A DNA stretch of 64,000 bases from the human T2T-CHM13v2.0 reference genome, Homo sapiens (GCF_009914755.1 NC_060942.1), one strand, 5' to 3'; counted from the first letter of the stretch, positions 1 to 17,817 are shown. Translations and numbers: made by a program. Notes: generated by a model from the letters alone, not told the origin.

Positions 1-800
1 ATTCAAAGGGAAAGAAACAATATACGAAAAAGCTATGGGGTAACAGATGTTGAGCCTACAATTAAAAACTATTTATTTTAAATGTTTTCCTATGTATAAG
101 ACAGAAATACCAAGCACTTTCTACTTTTGTGTTGTCAGAAATCCCAGGAAAATCCAGAAATGAAAAAAAAAAAGTGAAGGATAGACATGCATCACATGCA
201 TCTAGCTGGTTGACTGAGAAAACCTGAGAAATAGCACTAAAAAGGATAAGATAGCATTATTGCATACTAAAGAAATATGACAAATACCTGCAAACACTTT
301 TTTTATTGAAGCTCTTGAAATAATACACCCTGACTGTCTAACAAAACCAGTGCTGAAAGCTGATAAATATTGACGGTGGCACCTGGTGATTTCCTTCCAG
401 CTCAGCCACAGCAATGACTCTGGATGCCATCAGCACTGCCCCCACAGGCATATGCTCTCCTCTGGGTATGTGGGAAGTTGTGCGACTGGGGACCAGATTG
501 CTGCAGGTGCTCTCAACATCACTGGGAAGAGCTGCCAGCCAAAGGAAAAAAATGAAAAAGGAGAATGCCTTCCTATGCTTTTCCACAGATATAATCACTA
601 TTTCATGCCTGCAAAACCTAGAAAAAAAAAAGAAGCTCCTTTGTTCCAGATAACCTGTCAATTCGGAATTCCAAATACCATTTTCCTTACAGGAGTAGAA
701 TATACTATATATCCATATCCATCTTCTTATTGAAGCCTTGATGAGATTTTAGCTTAAAAGGAGAATCAGGATCCAGATGCTGAATGGTGCTTCAGCAACC
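1..800 (-). other. PIGN: PIGN 3' UTR (partial) with candidate AATAAA signals at 302-307 and 72-77
   Basis: Lies downstream of the stop codon; TTTATT on the + strand at both positions; the true 3' end cannot be determined here. Confidence 0.75.
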
Positions 801-1055
<255 letters not shown>

Positions 1056-1074
1056 TTATTCCTCCTGCTAAGTA

Positions 1075-1792
1075 CAGCTGTCTGTTGGTATCTGGTTCCA
1101 GGACCTTCAAGTACAGCTGTCCATGGACTGGTTCCAGGACCTTCCACGAATACCCAAATCTTTGAATGCTCAAGTCCCTGATATAAAATGGTGCCGTATT
1201 TGCATATAAGCTATGTATATCCTCCTGTATACTTCAGACCAGGGGTCCCCAAACCTCAGGCAGTGGACTGGTACCAGTCTGTGGCCTGTTAGGAACTGGC
1301 TGCAAAGCAGGAGGTGAGTGGTGGACCAGTGACCATTACTGCCCGAGCTCCGCCTCCTGTCAGATCAGCGGCAGCATTAGATTCTCAGAGGAGCACGAAC
1401 CCTGTCGTGAACTGTGCTTGCAAGGGATCTAGGTTGTGCACTTCTTATGAGAATCTAACGAATGCCTGATGATCTGAGGTGGAACAGTTTCATCCCGAAA
1501 CCATCCCTCACCCCCACATACACAGCGGCGTGTGGAAAAATTGTCTTCCATGAAACTACTCCCTTATGCCAAAAAGGTTGGGGACTGCTTCTTTAGATCA
1601 TCTCTAGATTATTTACAATACCTAATAAAATGTAAATGCCATGTAAATAATTGTTACACTATATTGTTTAGGGAATAATAGAAAGAATAGAAAGTCTGTA
1701 CATGTTCAGTACAGATGCAATTAAAAAAATATTTTCAACCTATAGCTGGCTGAATCCATGATGTGGAACCCAAGGATACAGAGGGCTGACTA
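1075..1792 (+). mobile_element. MER2 (TcMar-Tigger MITE), split by MER1B
   Basis: TGGTTCCAGGACC...GCTCAAGTCCCTGATATAAAATGG...GAGGGCTGACT, TA-flanked. Confidence 0.85.
1240..1590 (+). mobile_element. MER1B (hAT-Charlie) nested in MER2
   Basis: CAGGGGTCCCC...GGTTGGGGACTGCT termini; imperfect 8-bp TSD cttcagac/ctttagat. Confidence 0.85.
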
Positions 1793-3635
1793 TACAACTA
1801 AAAATGTTGGACACTATAAACAAACGTAAGACGACTCCAGGTGGTGGAAAGAGGGCAAACTGGTCAGTGATCTTGGGACCCAAAGAATTTCCTGAATTTT
1901 CTTTTGCAGGAAGACAGCAGCAACCTGGAAATGCCACTGGGCACAGACCAAAAAGAAATCCCCAAAAAACAATAATACCACCACCACAAGAGCCTATGCT
2001 CGCAGCTAAGAGACAGACAAGGAAAGGGGCAGCCAGAAAGACAGAAAATGTTTAGATATTAACTGATCTACTTCAGCCAAACACCACAGAAAAAATGTGG
2101 CTCCACCCCTACCTATTCCAGCATAGGCTGAGTGGGGAGCCCAGACTTCCATCCTCACCAGGCTATAATGGGGCACTCTAACTCCCCGGCTATGCCCTCC
2201 CCTCCACTGTCATGGTGTCAGGGAAGGCTGAGGAGGGAAGCTGGTACTTCTGTCCATACCTGGAGGATGTCAGTGGACATCACGTGGGGAGCCTAGACTT
2301 CCACCTCCATGAAGCAGTAATGAGGTCCCTCCCCCTCTTCAATGGGGTCATGTCAGAGGAGGCCTAGTGGAGAGCCAGGAATTCCACCTCCACTCAGAGG
2401 TAGAAAGGCCATTCCTTTCCTGACCATGTTATTAGTGGAGGTTGCATGGGAGGCAAAGGGGACCTCTATCTTTCCCAGTCATGAAGGCAGTAGTGGAGGC
2501 CTCGCAGGGTGCCGTAACGCTGGTCCCTGGCAGGCAGCAGTAAGGAGCTCCCTCTCGGGTGCCAATGGAGGCTGCAAGGGGAACCTGGATTTCTAACCTC
2601 ATCAGGCAGAAATGAGGTAGTGTCCCCTCTTCCCCTGCCATAGGAATGTCAGAAGCCAGTTAAAACAGGTTTAAATAAGACTGAGAATCTCATAACCAAA
2701 TACCCAAAATGTCTAGGTTTCAAAAGAAAATCACTCACCACATCAAGAACCAGGAAGATCTCAAGCAGAATGAAAAAAGACAATTAACTGATATCAAAAC
2801 CTAAATAACAGAGCTGTTAGAATTATCTGGCAAAAATTTTAAAGTGGTCATTATAAAAATACTTTAATGAGCAATTATGTACATACTAGAAACAAACACA
2901 CAAAAAAACAGAAAATCTGAGCTAAGAAATAGGAATTCTCAGCAAAGAAGATGTAAATAAGAAGCAAATAAAGAAGTCTAGAACTAAAAAATGCAATAAC
3001 CAAAATAAAAATTTCCATGGAAGTGCTCAATAGCAGAACTGAGGGGGCACAGGAAAGGATCCATGAACCTGAGGATAAAACAACAGAATTTACCCAGCCT
3101 GAAAAACAAAAATAGATGTTAAAAAAAAATGAACAGAGTCTCAGGGACCTGTGGACTGTGACAAAAGATCTAACATTTGTGTCACTGGACTTCTAGAAGG
3201 AAAAGAAAAAGAGGCTAAAAGAGTACTCACAGGAATAGTGGCTGAAAAGTTTCCAAATTTGGCAAAAGACATAAATCTTACAGAAGCTAAGCAAACCTCA
3301 AATAAGGTAAACCCAAAGCAATCCACACAAAGACACATCAAATTACTAAAAACTAAAAACAAAGAAAAGAATTTGAAAGCAGTGAGAAATGACACCTTAC
3401 CTATAGGGGAAAAACAATTTGAATAACAGCAGATTTCTCATCAGAAAATATGGAAACCAGCAGAAAATGGTGCACCATTTTTCAAGTGTTGAAAGAAAAA
3501 TAACTGTCAACCCAGAATCCAATAAAAATATCCCACGGAAATAAGGGGAAATCAGAATTCACAGATGAAAAAAAAAACCAAATGAATTTATTGCCTGCAG
3601 ACCTAACCTAAAAGAATGTCTGAAGGAAGTTTTCT

Positions 3636-7886
<4,251 letters not shown>

Positions 7887-9419
7887 TCTGAAGGAAGTTT
7901 TCTAAACAGAAATAAAACAATAAAGAAAGAATCTGCTAAAATTATGAAGGAAAAAGAACTCAGTAAGTAAAAATCTGGGTAAAGACAATAAGTTTTCCTT
8001 GTCCTCTTAAGTTTTCTAAATTATATTTGCTAGCTGATGTAAAAATTCTAATACTGTATGACATGGTTTCAAATGTGTGTAGAGGAAATATTTAAGACAA
8101 TTTTATTGTAAGCAAGGGAAGGCAATGGGATGTAGAAGGAGGTAAGGTTTCCATATATTACTTAAACTGGTAAAATGACATCACCAGTAGACTGGGATTA
8201 GCTATGTATATATAATACCTACAGCAACCATTTAAAAAGCCATACAAAGAGATACATTAATAACACCACAGAAAAGTAAAAAAATAATTCTATAAAATGT
8301 TCAAGTAATACACTGGATGTCAGGAAACACAAAACACTGAGAACAAACAGAAAACAAAAAAATAAAATGGCAGACTTAAGCCCTAACATATCAATAACTG
8401 CATTAAATGTGAATAGTCTAAATACACCAACTGAAAAACAGAGATTGGTAGAAGAGAATAAAAAACATGACCGTGACCAAACCACATGCTGTCTAAAAGA
8501 CACTCACTTCAATTATGGAGGAAACATCATGCAAACATTTATTTTAAAAAAGCTGGAGTGGCTATATTAATATCAGATAAAATAGACTTCAGAGCAAACA
8601 GACTTCAGAGCAAAGATACCCTTTTCTCAAAAATTGATAGAACAACAACACTGAAAATCAGCAAGAATACAGAACTCAACACTATCAAACAACAGGATTT
8701 AATTCACAATGATAAAACACTCTACCCAACAACAGCAGAATACATGCTCTTTTCAAGTGCTCATATATACCAAGATAGATCATATTCTGGGCCATAAAAC
8801 AAACCTCAGCAAGTTTAAAAGAACTGAAATCACACAGAGTGCCTTCTCTGACCACAGTGGAATCCAACTAGAAATCAACAATGGATAACAGATACATTAC
8901 CAAACACTTGGAAACTAAACAACACAACTGTAAATAATCCATGGGTCAAAGATGAAGTTTCAAGAGAAATAAAAAAAACAGATTGAATGTAATGAAAATA
9001 AAAAACCAACACATCACAGTTTATGGGACACAGCTAAAGCAAGCGCAGACGGAGAAGCAGACCCATGCAAATCTGCACCCCATCCCCCTGAAAGAGTGTA
9101 AACCATATACCTGATATCACCACACCCTATCAGTGTGAGTCTCACACTATATACAAAAATTAACTAAAATGGATCATGGACTTAAAAGTAAAATGTAAAA
9201 ACATAAACATTTTAGAAAAAAAATCTTTGGGATCTGGAGCTAGCCAAAGAGTTCCTAGTCTTAATACAAAAAGCACAATCTAAAAAAGTAAATCTGATAA
9301 ATTGGGCTTAAAAAAAAAAACAAAAAACTTTTGCTCTGTGAAGGGCCCTGTTAAGAGGGTAAAAAGACAAGCTACAGACTGGGATAAAACACTTGCAAGC
9401 CACACATTCAACAAAATAC

Positions 9420-9737
9420 TTTTTTTTTTCCTATTTTTTTTTTTTTTTTTTTTTTAGGCAGGGTCTTGCTCTGTCACCCAGGCTGGAGTGCAGTGGTATG
9501 ATCATAGTTCACTGCAGCTTTGACCTCCCTGGGCTCAGGTGATCCTCCACCTCAGCCTCCTGAGTAGCTGAGACCACAGGCATGCACCACCACAGCCAGC
9601 TAATTTTTGTATTTTCTGTAGAGATGGGGTCTTGCCATGTTACCCAGGCTGGTCTTGAACTCTTGGGCTTAAGCAATCTGCCCGCTTTGGCCCTCCCACA
9701 GTGTTGGGATTACAGGCATGAGCCACTGCACTCAGCT
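9420..9737 (-). mobile_element. AluJ
   Basis: Dimeric Alu with a poly-T start and J-type diagnostics. Confidence 0.9.
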
Positions 9738-10962
9738 ACAAAGGACTATTTCCTAGAATAAAATATAGAATAAATTCTCAAAACTCAACAGTAAAAAAAG
9801 CTCCACAAACAATTCAATTAGAAAATGATCAAAAGACATGAACAGACGTTTCATCAAAGAGGATATAAAGTCAGTAAATAAATAGATGAAAAAGTGTTCA
9901 ACATCATTAACTATTATGCAAGTTGAAGCCAAAATGAGATATCACTACACACCCACTTGAATAGCTAAAATAAAAAATATTGACAGCACCAAATGCTGGC
10001 AAGGATGCAGAGAAACTGGATTGACAGTCTCTGGTACAACCACTCTGGTGGCAGTTTCTTTTAAAACTCAGCATGCAAATAATATAAGACTCAGCAAATA
10101 TGATTCTGAGCATGCATGCCAGAGGGAAAAAACTGTTCACAAGAATGTTTATAGGATCTTTATTCATAATAGCCAAAACCTTGAAATAACCTTGATGTCT
10201 TTCAACAGGTAAATGATTAAACAAACTGTGGCACATCCATACCATGGATTTACTCAGCAATAAGAAGTAACGAACTACTGAAATACGCAACAATGAATCA
10301 CCAGAGAATTACTCTGACAGTGAAAAAAATGCTAACTCCAAAAAGTTACATACTATATGATTTACTTTGTATCATATTTATGAAGTAACAACTACAGAAA
10401 TGGAAAACATTAAATGTTGCCAGGGGTTAAGGAGGGTTTCTGGGTGGGAGGGAAGTGCCTGGGCTATAAAGGGCAACATGAAGGATCCTTGTGCTGGTAG
10501 AAATGTTCTGTCTTTTGACAGTTTCAATGTCAACATCCTGGTTTTACTATATGTTATACTATAGTTCTGCATAAAGTTACCACTGGGGGGAAATAAGGTA
10601 GAGGGTATAGGAGATCTCTCTGTATTATTTCTTACAACCTCATGTGAATCTATAATAATGTTAAAATGAAATGTTTAATTAAAAATTTTTTTTAGTTCAC
10701 AGGCTGTACAAAGTCAAGAGGTGGGCTGCATTTGGCTAAAGGGCATAGGTTGCTGGCCTCTACCCTGGCCTGTGAGCTCTGTGGAAGCAGGGACTATAAT
10801 TTTTATCTCTTTTCCCATTGCATCTCTAACGTCTCATGCAAGGTCTTATAGGCACTTAATCAATATTTGTTAAATGAATTATTAAAGATAATTTATAATT
10901 AGAAGAAATGATAAAATCTTCTTTTGTTTTATGTTACCCCGGCAAATTTAATCTGAACTTAT

Positions 10963-11048
10963 TTAAGTTGGTGCAAAAGTAATTGTGGTTTTTGCCACTA
11001 AAAAAAAAAAAAAAGGCAAAAACCGCAATTACTTTTGCACCAACCTAA
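10963..11048. mobile_element. MADE1 mariner MITE (palindromic)
   Basis: TTAAGTTGGTGCAAAAGTAATTGTGGTTTTTGCC...GGCAAAAACCGCAATTACTTTTGCACCAACCTAA. Confidence 0.95.
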
Positions 11049-11630
11049 TAAGATCAGACTCTCCCAAAATAGAATAAGCATAATCAATACCGAAAGCTAA
11101 AAAGCAAAACCAAAATGCCAAAGGAAACGAAAAGTTTCTACAAAACTAAAGTAAAACTCACCCTGCAAAATATTAAAATATAAAGTTAAATGTAATACGG
11201 GCATTAGAATCAACAGGACAACGGAAGAGAACAGATCATCCTGTCACCCAAGATCAAGGAATCATCATCAGTAACTCACAACTGTTCTGGCTGGACTCAC
11301 TTTAAACTTATAAGCACAAATGAGATTTGGTTCTCATCAGTGTCTCAATCCTGATTGCACACTTGTGAGTTATTCTTCTCTGAGTCAAACCAATTTGTGT
11401 CCTTTCTCCTCTCCTCAAAGTCCTGTCACCTTCCTCCCATCTCAGCAGATGACTCTGCTTTTTTTTAACCGAGAAAATACTGATAAAGTGATCGCAAGAG
11501 AAGTGCCTCTTCTCACCCCGAACTTTCTAACCCACTCATATCTGTGCCCACACTGCCTCAGGTACCTTTCTTGTCTAAAACAAACCCCTCCACTTCTAGT
11601 TTGGATTTCATCCCAACTCTCCCACTAAAG

Positions 11631-12028
11631 CTGGGGTCTCCAACCCTCAAGCCTTGGACCCGTACCAGTTCATGGCCTGTTAGGAACTGGGCCACACAGC
11701 AGGAGGTGAGCGGCGGGGAAGTGAGCGAAGCTTCATCTGTATTTGCAGCTGCTCTGCATCGCTGGCATTACTGCCTGAGCTCCACCTCCTGTCAAATGAG
11801 TGGCGGCATTAGATTCTCACAGGAGCACGAACTCTATTGTGAACTGCGCATGCAAGGGATCTAGGTTGTGCACCCATTATGAAAATATAACGAATGCCTG
11901 ATGATCTGAGGTAGAATGGTTTCATCCTGAAACCATCCCCTGCTGGCCCCTGCACCCTTCACCCCATCCGTGGAAAAACTGTCTTCCACGAAACTGGTCC
12001 CTGGTGCCAAAATGACTGGGGACCACTG
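11631..12028 (+). mobile_element. MER1-family hAT element within L2-like relics
   Basis: CTGGGGTCTCCAACC...GGGGACCACTG; TSD cactaaag/tactaaag. Confidence 0.85.
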
Positions 12029-12729
12029 TACTAAAGGACTTTATTTTTCCAATTATCCCTTTCCCTCTTAGATATCACCCATTTTTCCTTCTCTAGGTGA
12101 GCATATCCTTTACCACACAAATGTGTAATTTGTCTCATTCTAACTCTCCCAAGATCCCATAGCTCCCTCCAGCACCATCCTAATTTAAATTTTATATATG
12201 CAAAACCCAGATCTTAATCTCCCACACCTTCCTTCACCAAACTCACTAGAGCTTTCTCCAGATTTCTGCAATGGCTTTCCTAGTCACTCAGTTACTCAAG
12301 ATTAAAAAACAAAACTAGGAGTTGCCCTTGATTCTTTTTTTCTCCCAGTATATTAGTCTATCGACAAATCCTATCAACCTCTCTGAAAATATTTTCTAAG
12401 TCCAGCCACTTGTTGCTATTTTGAATTGCTACCCTAGCCTAAACTGCCATCATCTCTAGCTTACGATACCACGAAAGCCTCTTCCTCAATCTTCCTTCTC
12501 CCTCTCTCGATCCCTCCAATAGGTTCTTTACATTGTGGCCAGTGTTATGTCAAAAATGTGAAGCAAATAAAATAACTTTCTGCTCAACAAACTAATGCTT
12601 CAACTTACACTTGGAATAAACTCCCAATTCTTTACAATGACTTTCAAAGGCCATAAGTGATAGCAAATATCTACTCTATGAATTCTCTCCTGACCATGTT
12701 TTCCCTCATACCATTCTAGCTACACTAAC

Positions 12730-13453
12730 TGTACAGAGCACCCTTGACACAAGTAACTCCATCTCAGAAAAAGACTCCATCTTACATTTCACAGGACACT
12801 TTGCCAACAGGGAAAAGATACTTTGCTTAATAAATTAATAAATAAAGACTGCATCCAACCAGATAAGGACATAAACAGGCACACTCTTCCACTATCAGTC
12901 CTCACTGGAGGACTCTGCAGCCATAAAAAGAGCAGGACTTCACAGCTCAAAATGGCTGTCTTAACTGACACTGTCTTGCTATCACTCCTGATAAGCACCC
13001 AGCACCTGCCACTGAAGGTGGGTGGCCTTCAAAGACTCTTTCTTGTAAAGACTCTTTCTTGTAAAACAGATGGGCCCTGGCCCAGACCAGGAGGTTCTTT
13101 CTGTCTTCCTCACTCTCCCTGGACTATTTCCTTAACCCTTTTTCCTATCTCTCTTCTCTTGATGTTAAATGTTACTTTGTTTGTTGTGGAATGTTTAATC
13201 TGTAACATTTATATATTAATTAGGTATAATATTACATATAGTTGACAATATTGACTGACTTGTGGAGTGGCTTGTGGCTGTGCAGCTGTGACTACCAAGT
13301 GACCGGAAAGTTCTAAGGAGGACTGCCTCCTAGAAAACTCCATGCAGTTCATGGCCTTTTGCTATTGAAATAGCATCAACAGAAGTCTGACACTATGGAA
13401 AGACACAAACGTGAATGAATCTGGTTATCTCTGACCTTGCACTGCTCATGAGA
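12730..13453 (+). mobile_element. Solo ERV LTR (MER72/LTR47-like; family uncertain)
   Basis: TG start with AACTCCATCT...GACTCCATCTT motif; 5-bp TSD ctaac on both sides. Confidence 0.65.
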
Positions 13454-13773
13454 CTAACTTTCATATTTTCAAAAGTATTTACTCACATGGGGAAATGGTT
13501 ATTATAGAAAACCATCTTTTAAAGAAACTGTATATGTCTGCACATAAATTAAAGCTAAAAGGACATACATCAACATGTTGAAAAGTGGTTCTCCCTGAAT
13601 ACTGCAAACTGAGACACTGAATTATGAATGACTTATCTTTTCTTAATGCTTTCAGTATTTTCTTTAGTATATTTGTAATATATTGCTATTTATGTGATGT
13701 TTACAAATTATGCTAGGTTTAGCCACAGAACTCTAAGGCTGACTCATAATTACCAGAGAAATCTTCAACTCTA

Positions 13774-14133
<360 letters not shown>

Positions 14134-14359
14134 CAACACTGGATATAATCATCCCAACTTCTTCAGGGACCAAAGTTTGTAGTCAGAGATGAGATGAGTG
14201 AAGGAGTACAAACTCTTCAGCATAGAGCCTGGAGGTCAAATCCAGAAAAGCTCAATCTGACCTTGGTTCCAGGGGGGAAACCAGGCAAGGAGGTGGGGAG
14301 CTAGGTAGATTAAAAGCAACAAGGACCATAAAAGATTAATCTTTTATAAGCATTATAGA

Positions 14360-14790
14360 AAGGATAAACAGAATGTGGTATATCCAAACAATGGAACATT
14401 ATTCAGCAATGAATAAAGTACTTTTACATGCTGCAATATAGATGAATGCCAAAAAAAAGTTACACTAACTGGAAGAAGTTAGATGAAAAAAACTACATAT
14501 TGTATTTTTCTGTTTATATGAAATGTCCACAATAGGCAAATCTGTAGAGACAGAAAGCAGATTTGTTGTTGCCTGGGCTTGGGATGGTAATGGGAACAGA
14601 TTGTGAACAGGTAGAGGGTATTTTCTGTGTGATGGAAATGTTCAAAAAATAGATTGTGATGGTTGCACAACTCCATACATTTGCCAAAAATCATCAAAAT
14701 GACTTAAAACATTTATTAAATCATTAAAAAATGAAAATAGATAAATTTTATGGTATGAATTATACTCAATAAAGCTGTTAAGAATAAAAA
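14360..14790 (+). mobile_element. L1M (L1MB/ME-like) 3' end
   Basis: GGATAAACAGAATGTGGTATATCC...CTCAATAAAGCTGTT. Confidence 0.7.
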
Positions 14791-16374
14791 CAAAGAAAGA
14801 AAAGATTACATGCTAGCAGATTTTTCTTGCTGAATTTTGCCATCACTTACAGGTTAAAATATTAAATCTGATTTGATGTCTAAACAAAAACGGTTTGTAA
14901 AACCAGTAGGTGACCCATCCTCAAATTTAATCTAAAGTCTGTCTATAAAAGGCATTCCACAGATCACTCATTTCCTTACAGTGGCCTGAAATTACTGACT
15001 CTTGGCTCATGTAAGCTAACATAATTGGCAGGAAACAGTTGTGAAGCTCATCATCTTCATGCAATTGAGCCATAAGGCATCCAGCTTGTGATATCTTGCA
15101 TCAATCAAGTCTTGGTGTCATCTCGCCATAGCAGAGTTAAAGGAACATCAAATTTCAACTTGAAATGAGTTCAGCTGTTCGCACTCCCCTCCCATGACTA
15201 TTGTGCCATCATTTAAATCAGCAGTTCTCAAGGTGTGCATGTGTGATGGTCGAGGGGAAGAGCGTATGTGTGGAGGCACATGGAATTGCCAGGCAGGCCT
15301 TTTCAACCTGCACAATGGTGACAAAATGTTGATCATATTTCTCCTCTATAAGGGTGATGGGCGATAGAAGCAGGTCATACCTGTTCAATGTACTGGGGCA
15401 GAAAAAGTCTGAGAATCATCGGTTTTAATAAAGTTTGGTATTCACTGTAACAGTACAGATGTTTTATGACACTTATTAATTACATTTAGGATATACAAAC
15501 ACTATTGAATAGAATCATGAGTTCTCTCTTTTTTTTGAGTTCTCATTATATCAAAAGAGAAATGATAAACACGTTAGTTGTCATTTGTATTTCAATAAGG
15601 TATAACAATCGTGCATGTGAGAAACAATTAAAGTCCAAATGAAGACTGCCATCAAATCAAACTCAGCTCAATCAAACTGATGATCCTGACTCTATTCACC
15701 TCACTACAAATGCATTGAGGACGCAAATCTGAATATACGTTTTTATAGTTATGAAAATTACCTCAAAGGAATTTTTTTCTCTAGTTTTAAAAATGTACTT
15801 TCAGTATGCCGTATAAAAGGCAATACTCTATAAAGTTTATGACCTGCTATAAATGAAGATAAAGTGTAAAGATCAAAAGAAGAAAATACTAAATTAGCTC
15901 TGTCAGCTGAACAGTTTTATGGCCTGGGCAGGATATTTTTCACATGGCTGTTAAAAAGCATACCCGATGCCACAGGTTCTCAAGAGAAACACTGAACTCA
16001 CACCAGTAGTTTCAGCTGAATACACTGACTGTAGTGTATGCTTCCTGAGTCTCAATTTCAGTTTGGTAAAATCTGCTCTGAAGATGCATTTGAAACACAG
16101 AGTACTATGCCTATAAACAGATATACTATCTAATGCCCTAATAATACAATCTTTATTATTTAAGAAACTATACTTATTAACCTGCAACTATTAATAACAG
16201 GTGACAAATCTCTCAAAAGTGTTCTGAAAATCCATGGCAATCACCACAACACTATAAACATTACAGATACATGCCAGACTACATTCACGGGGCAGTCAGC
16301 TCCCACTCCTCTCTCAAATTCTGGGACAGAGTCCCGCCATTTCAGGAATAAATGCAAAAAAAAAAAGCAATAAA

Positions 16375-16474
16375 GGAGCTTGCAGTGAGCCGAGATTGTG
16401 CCACTGCAGTCCGCAGTCCGGCCTGGGCGACAGAGCGAGACTCCGTCTCAAAAAAAAAAAAAAAAAAAAAAAAA
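16375..16474 (+). mobile_element. 5'-truncated AluYb8/Yb9
   Basis: Diagnostic 7-bp duplication CTGCAGTCCGCAGTCCGGCC; pure A-tail; TSD A(n)GCAATAAA. Confidence 0.92.
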
Positions 16475-17817
16475 GCAATAAAATAGTGAGGACAAAAGGG
16501 CAACATTCCATTCCCGTGAATAAAAAGCATGGAATGGCTGAAATCGCTAATTATACTATTAACACAAAGGAGTTTAGGAATAAAATTCGTCATGAAGGGG
16601 AACCAGTGCAGGAGCACAATTCCAATAACCCCGGCACCTGTGAAGGGAGCTCTGCCGGTCAGTTTATAATATCAGCGACATGACAAGAAACACCACAGCT
16701 TTTCAAATGTACCTTCACACAAGAATAATTGGAAACTCAAAACTTAAATGCAACATTCTCACAAACAGAAAGCAGAAAAAGTACAATAATGAAGTTTTGA
16801 CATGTGAACCCTATCGTATGGTGCTTTAGTTTTGAATCTTGACGTACATTTCCCCCTACTTCCCCACCATTATCCAAGCCTTTTCCTCGCAATAAACTAG
16901 ATGTTTATGAAGATGCATGAACCACTCCTGCCCATTAGACCAGCACCACATGGTTCACAGAGGCACTATATGACATCACCGCTATAGAGGATACAAAGGA
17001 AAGACCTTAGAATTCTAACTTAGCAATAAGAAAAACATCACATTGCAGCATCAATCAGGGGCAATTCCATTTAGAAAGCCTAACTTCACCAACTCAGATT
17101 TCATTTTGGCCTCTCCATCCTGACCCTGCTCCCCCCACCTGCAATCAACTTCCTCTCTTAAAGTGGGCACCTTTTAGATGACATAATAAGAGACAAAGAA
17201 GACAGAGCAAGGAGATATTTCATCAGGAATGACTAAGAGAATATGTGGGAAATTTATGTAGATTTGTTCAGTGCCATCAGCCTGATGAAGACAGATCTAA
17301 GGTTTCTTATACCTGCCTTTGAGAAGTTTCTCAGAGCAAGCATCCCGTTTAACCTATGGGGGTTAGATCCCCAATGATGAAATACTGAGAATGAGATAAA
17401 CTAAGGTTTAACATAACTTATTAACTGGCTGTGCCTTTGTCTTCTTCTTATCCACTTTGGATTTTTAATGTTGTATAGATGGGGGTGTAATGATTATAGC
17501 AGGCCACCAGGCATAAATCAGGAAGTCTCCGGGAAATCAGGGCATAGGATCACTGTATATTCAGGGCAGCTCCCATTATAAAAAATATTATCACGAAATA
17601 TTCCTATAGCATATTTTACCCTGAATTGCATTAATAATATAATATTTTAATATGTATACATAAATCATTGAAACATAAAGTTAACACCCTTTTCTCATGG
17701 CTAGTACCGGGTGGTGGTGGTTATAAATGCATTCTCTGCCTATAAGTGCTGATATGTCATTCTGTTTCCCTTGGTTTGAATGATGCTCATTATTTGTTTT
17801 ATGCTTTTGTATTCTGC

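Noticed and set aside
386-733. Plus-strand ORFs antisense to the PIGN 3' UTR
   Set aside because: No recognisable homology, promoter or splice context; consistent with chance.
12823-13245. 140-aa ORF
   Set aside because: It lies wholly inside a solo LTR and has no protein similarity I can recognise.
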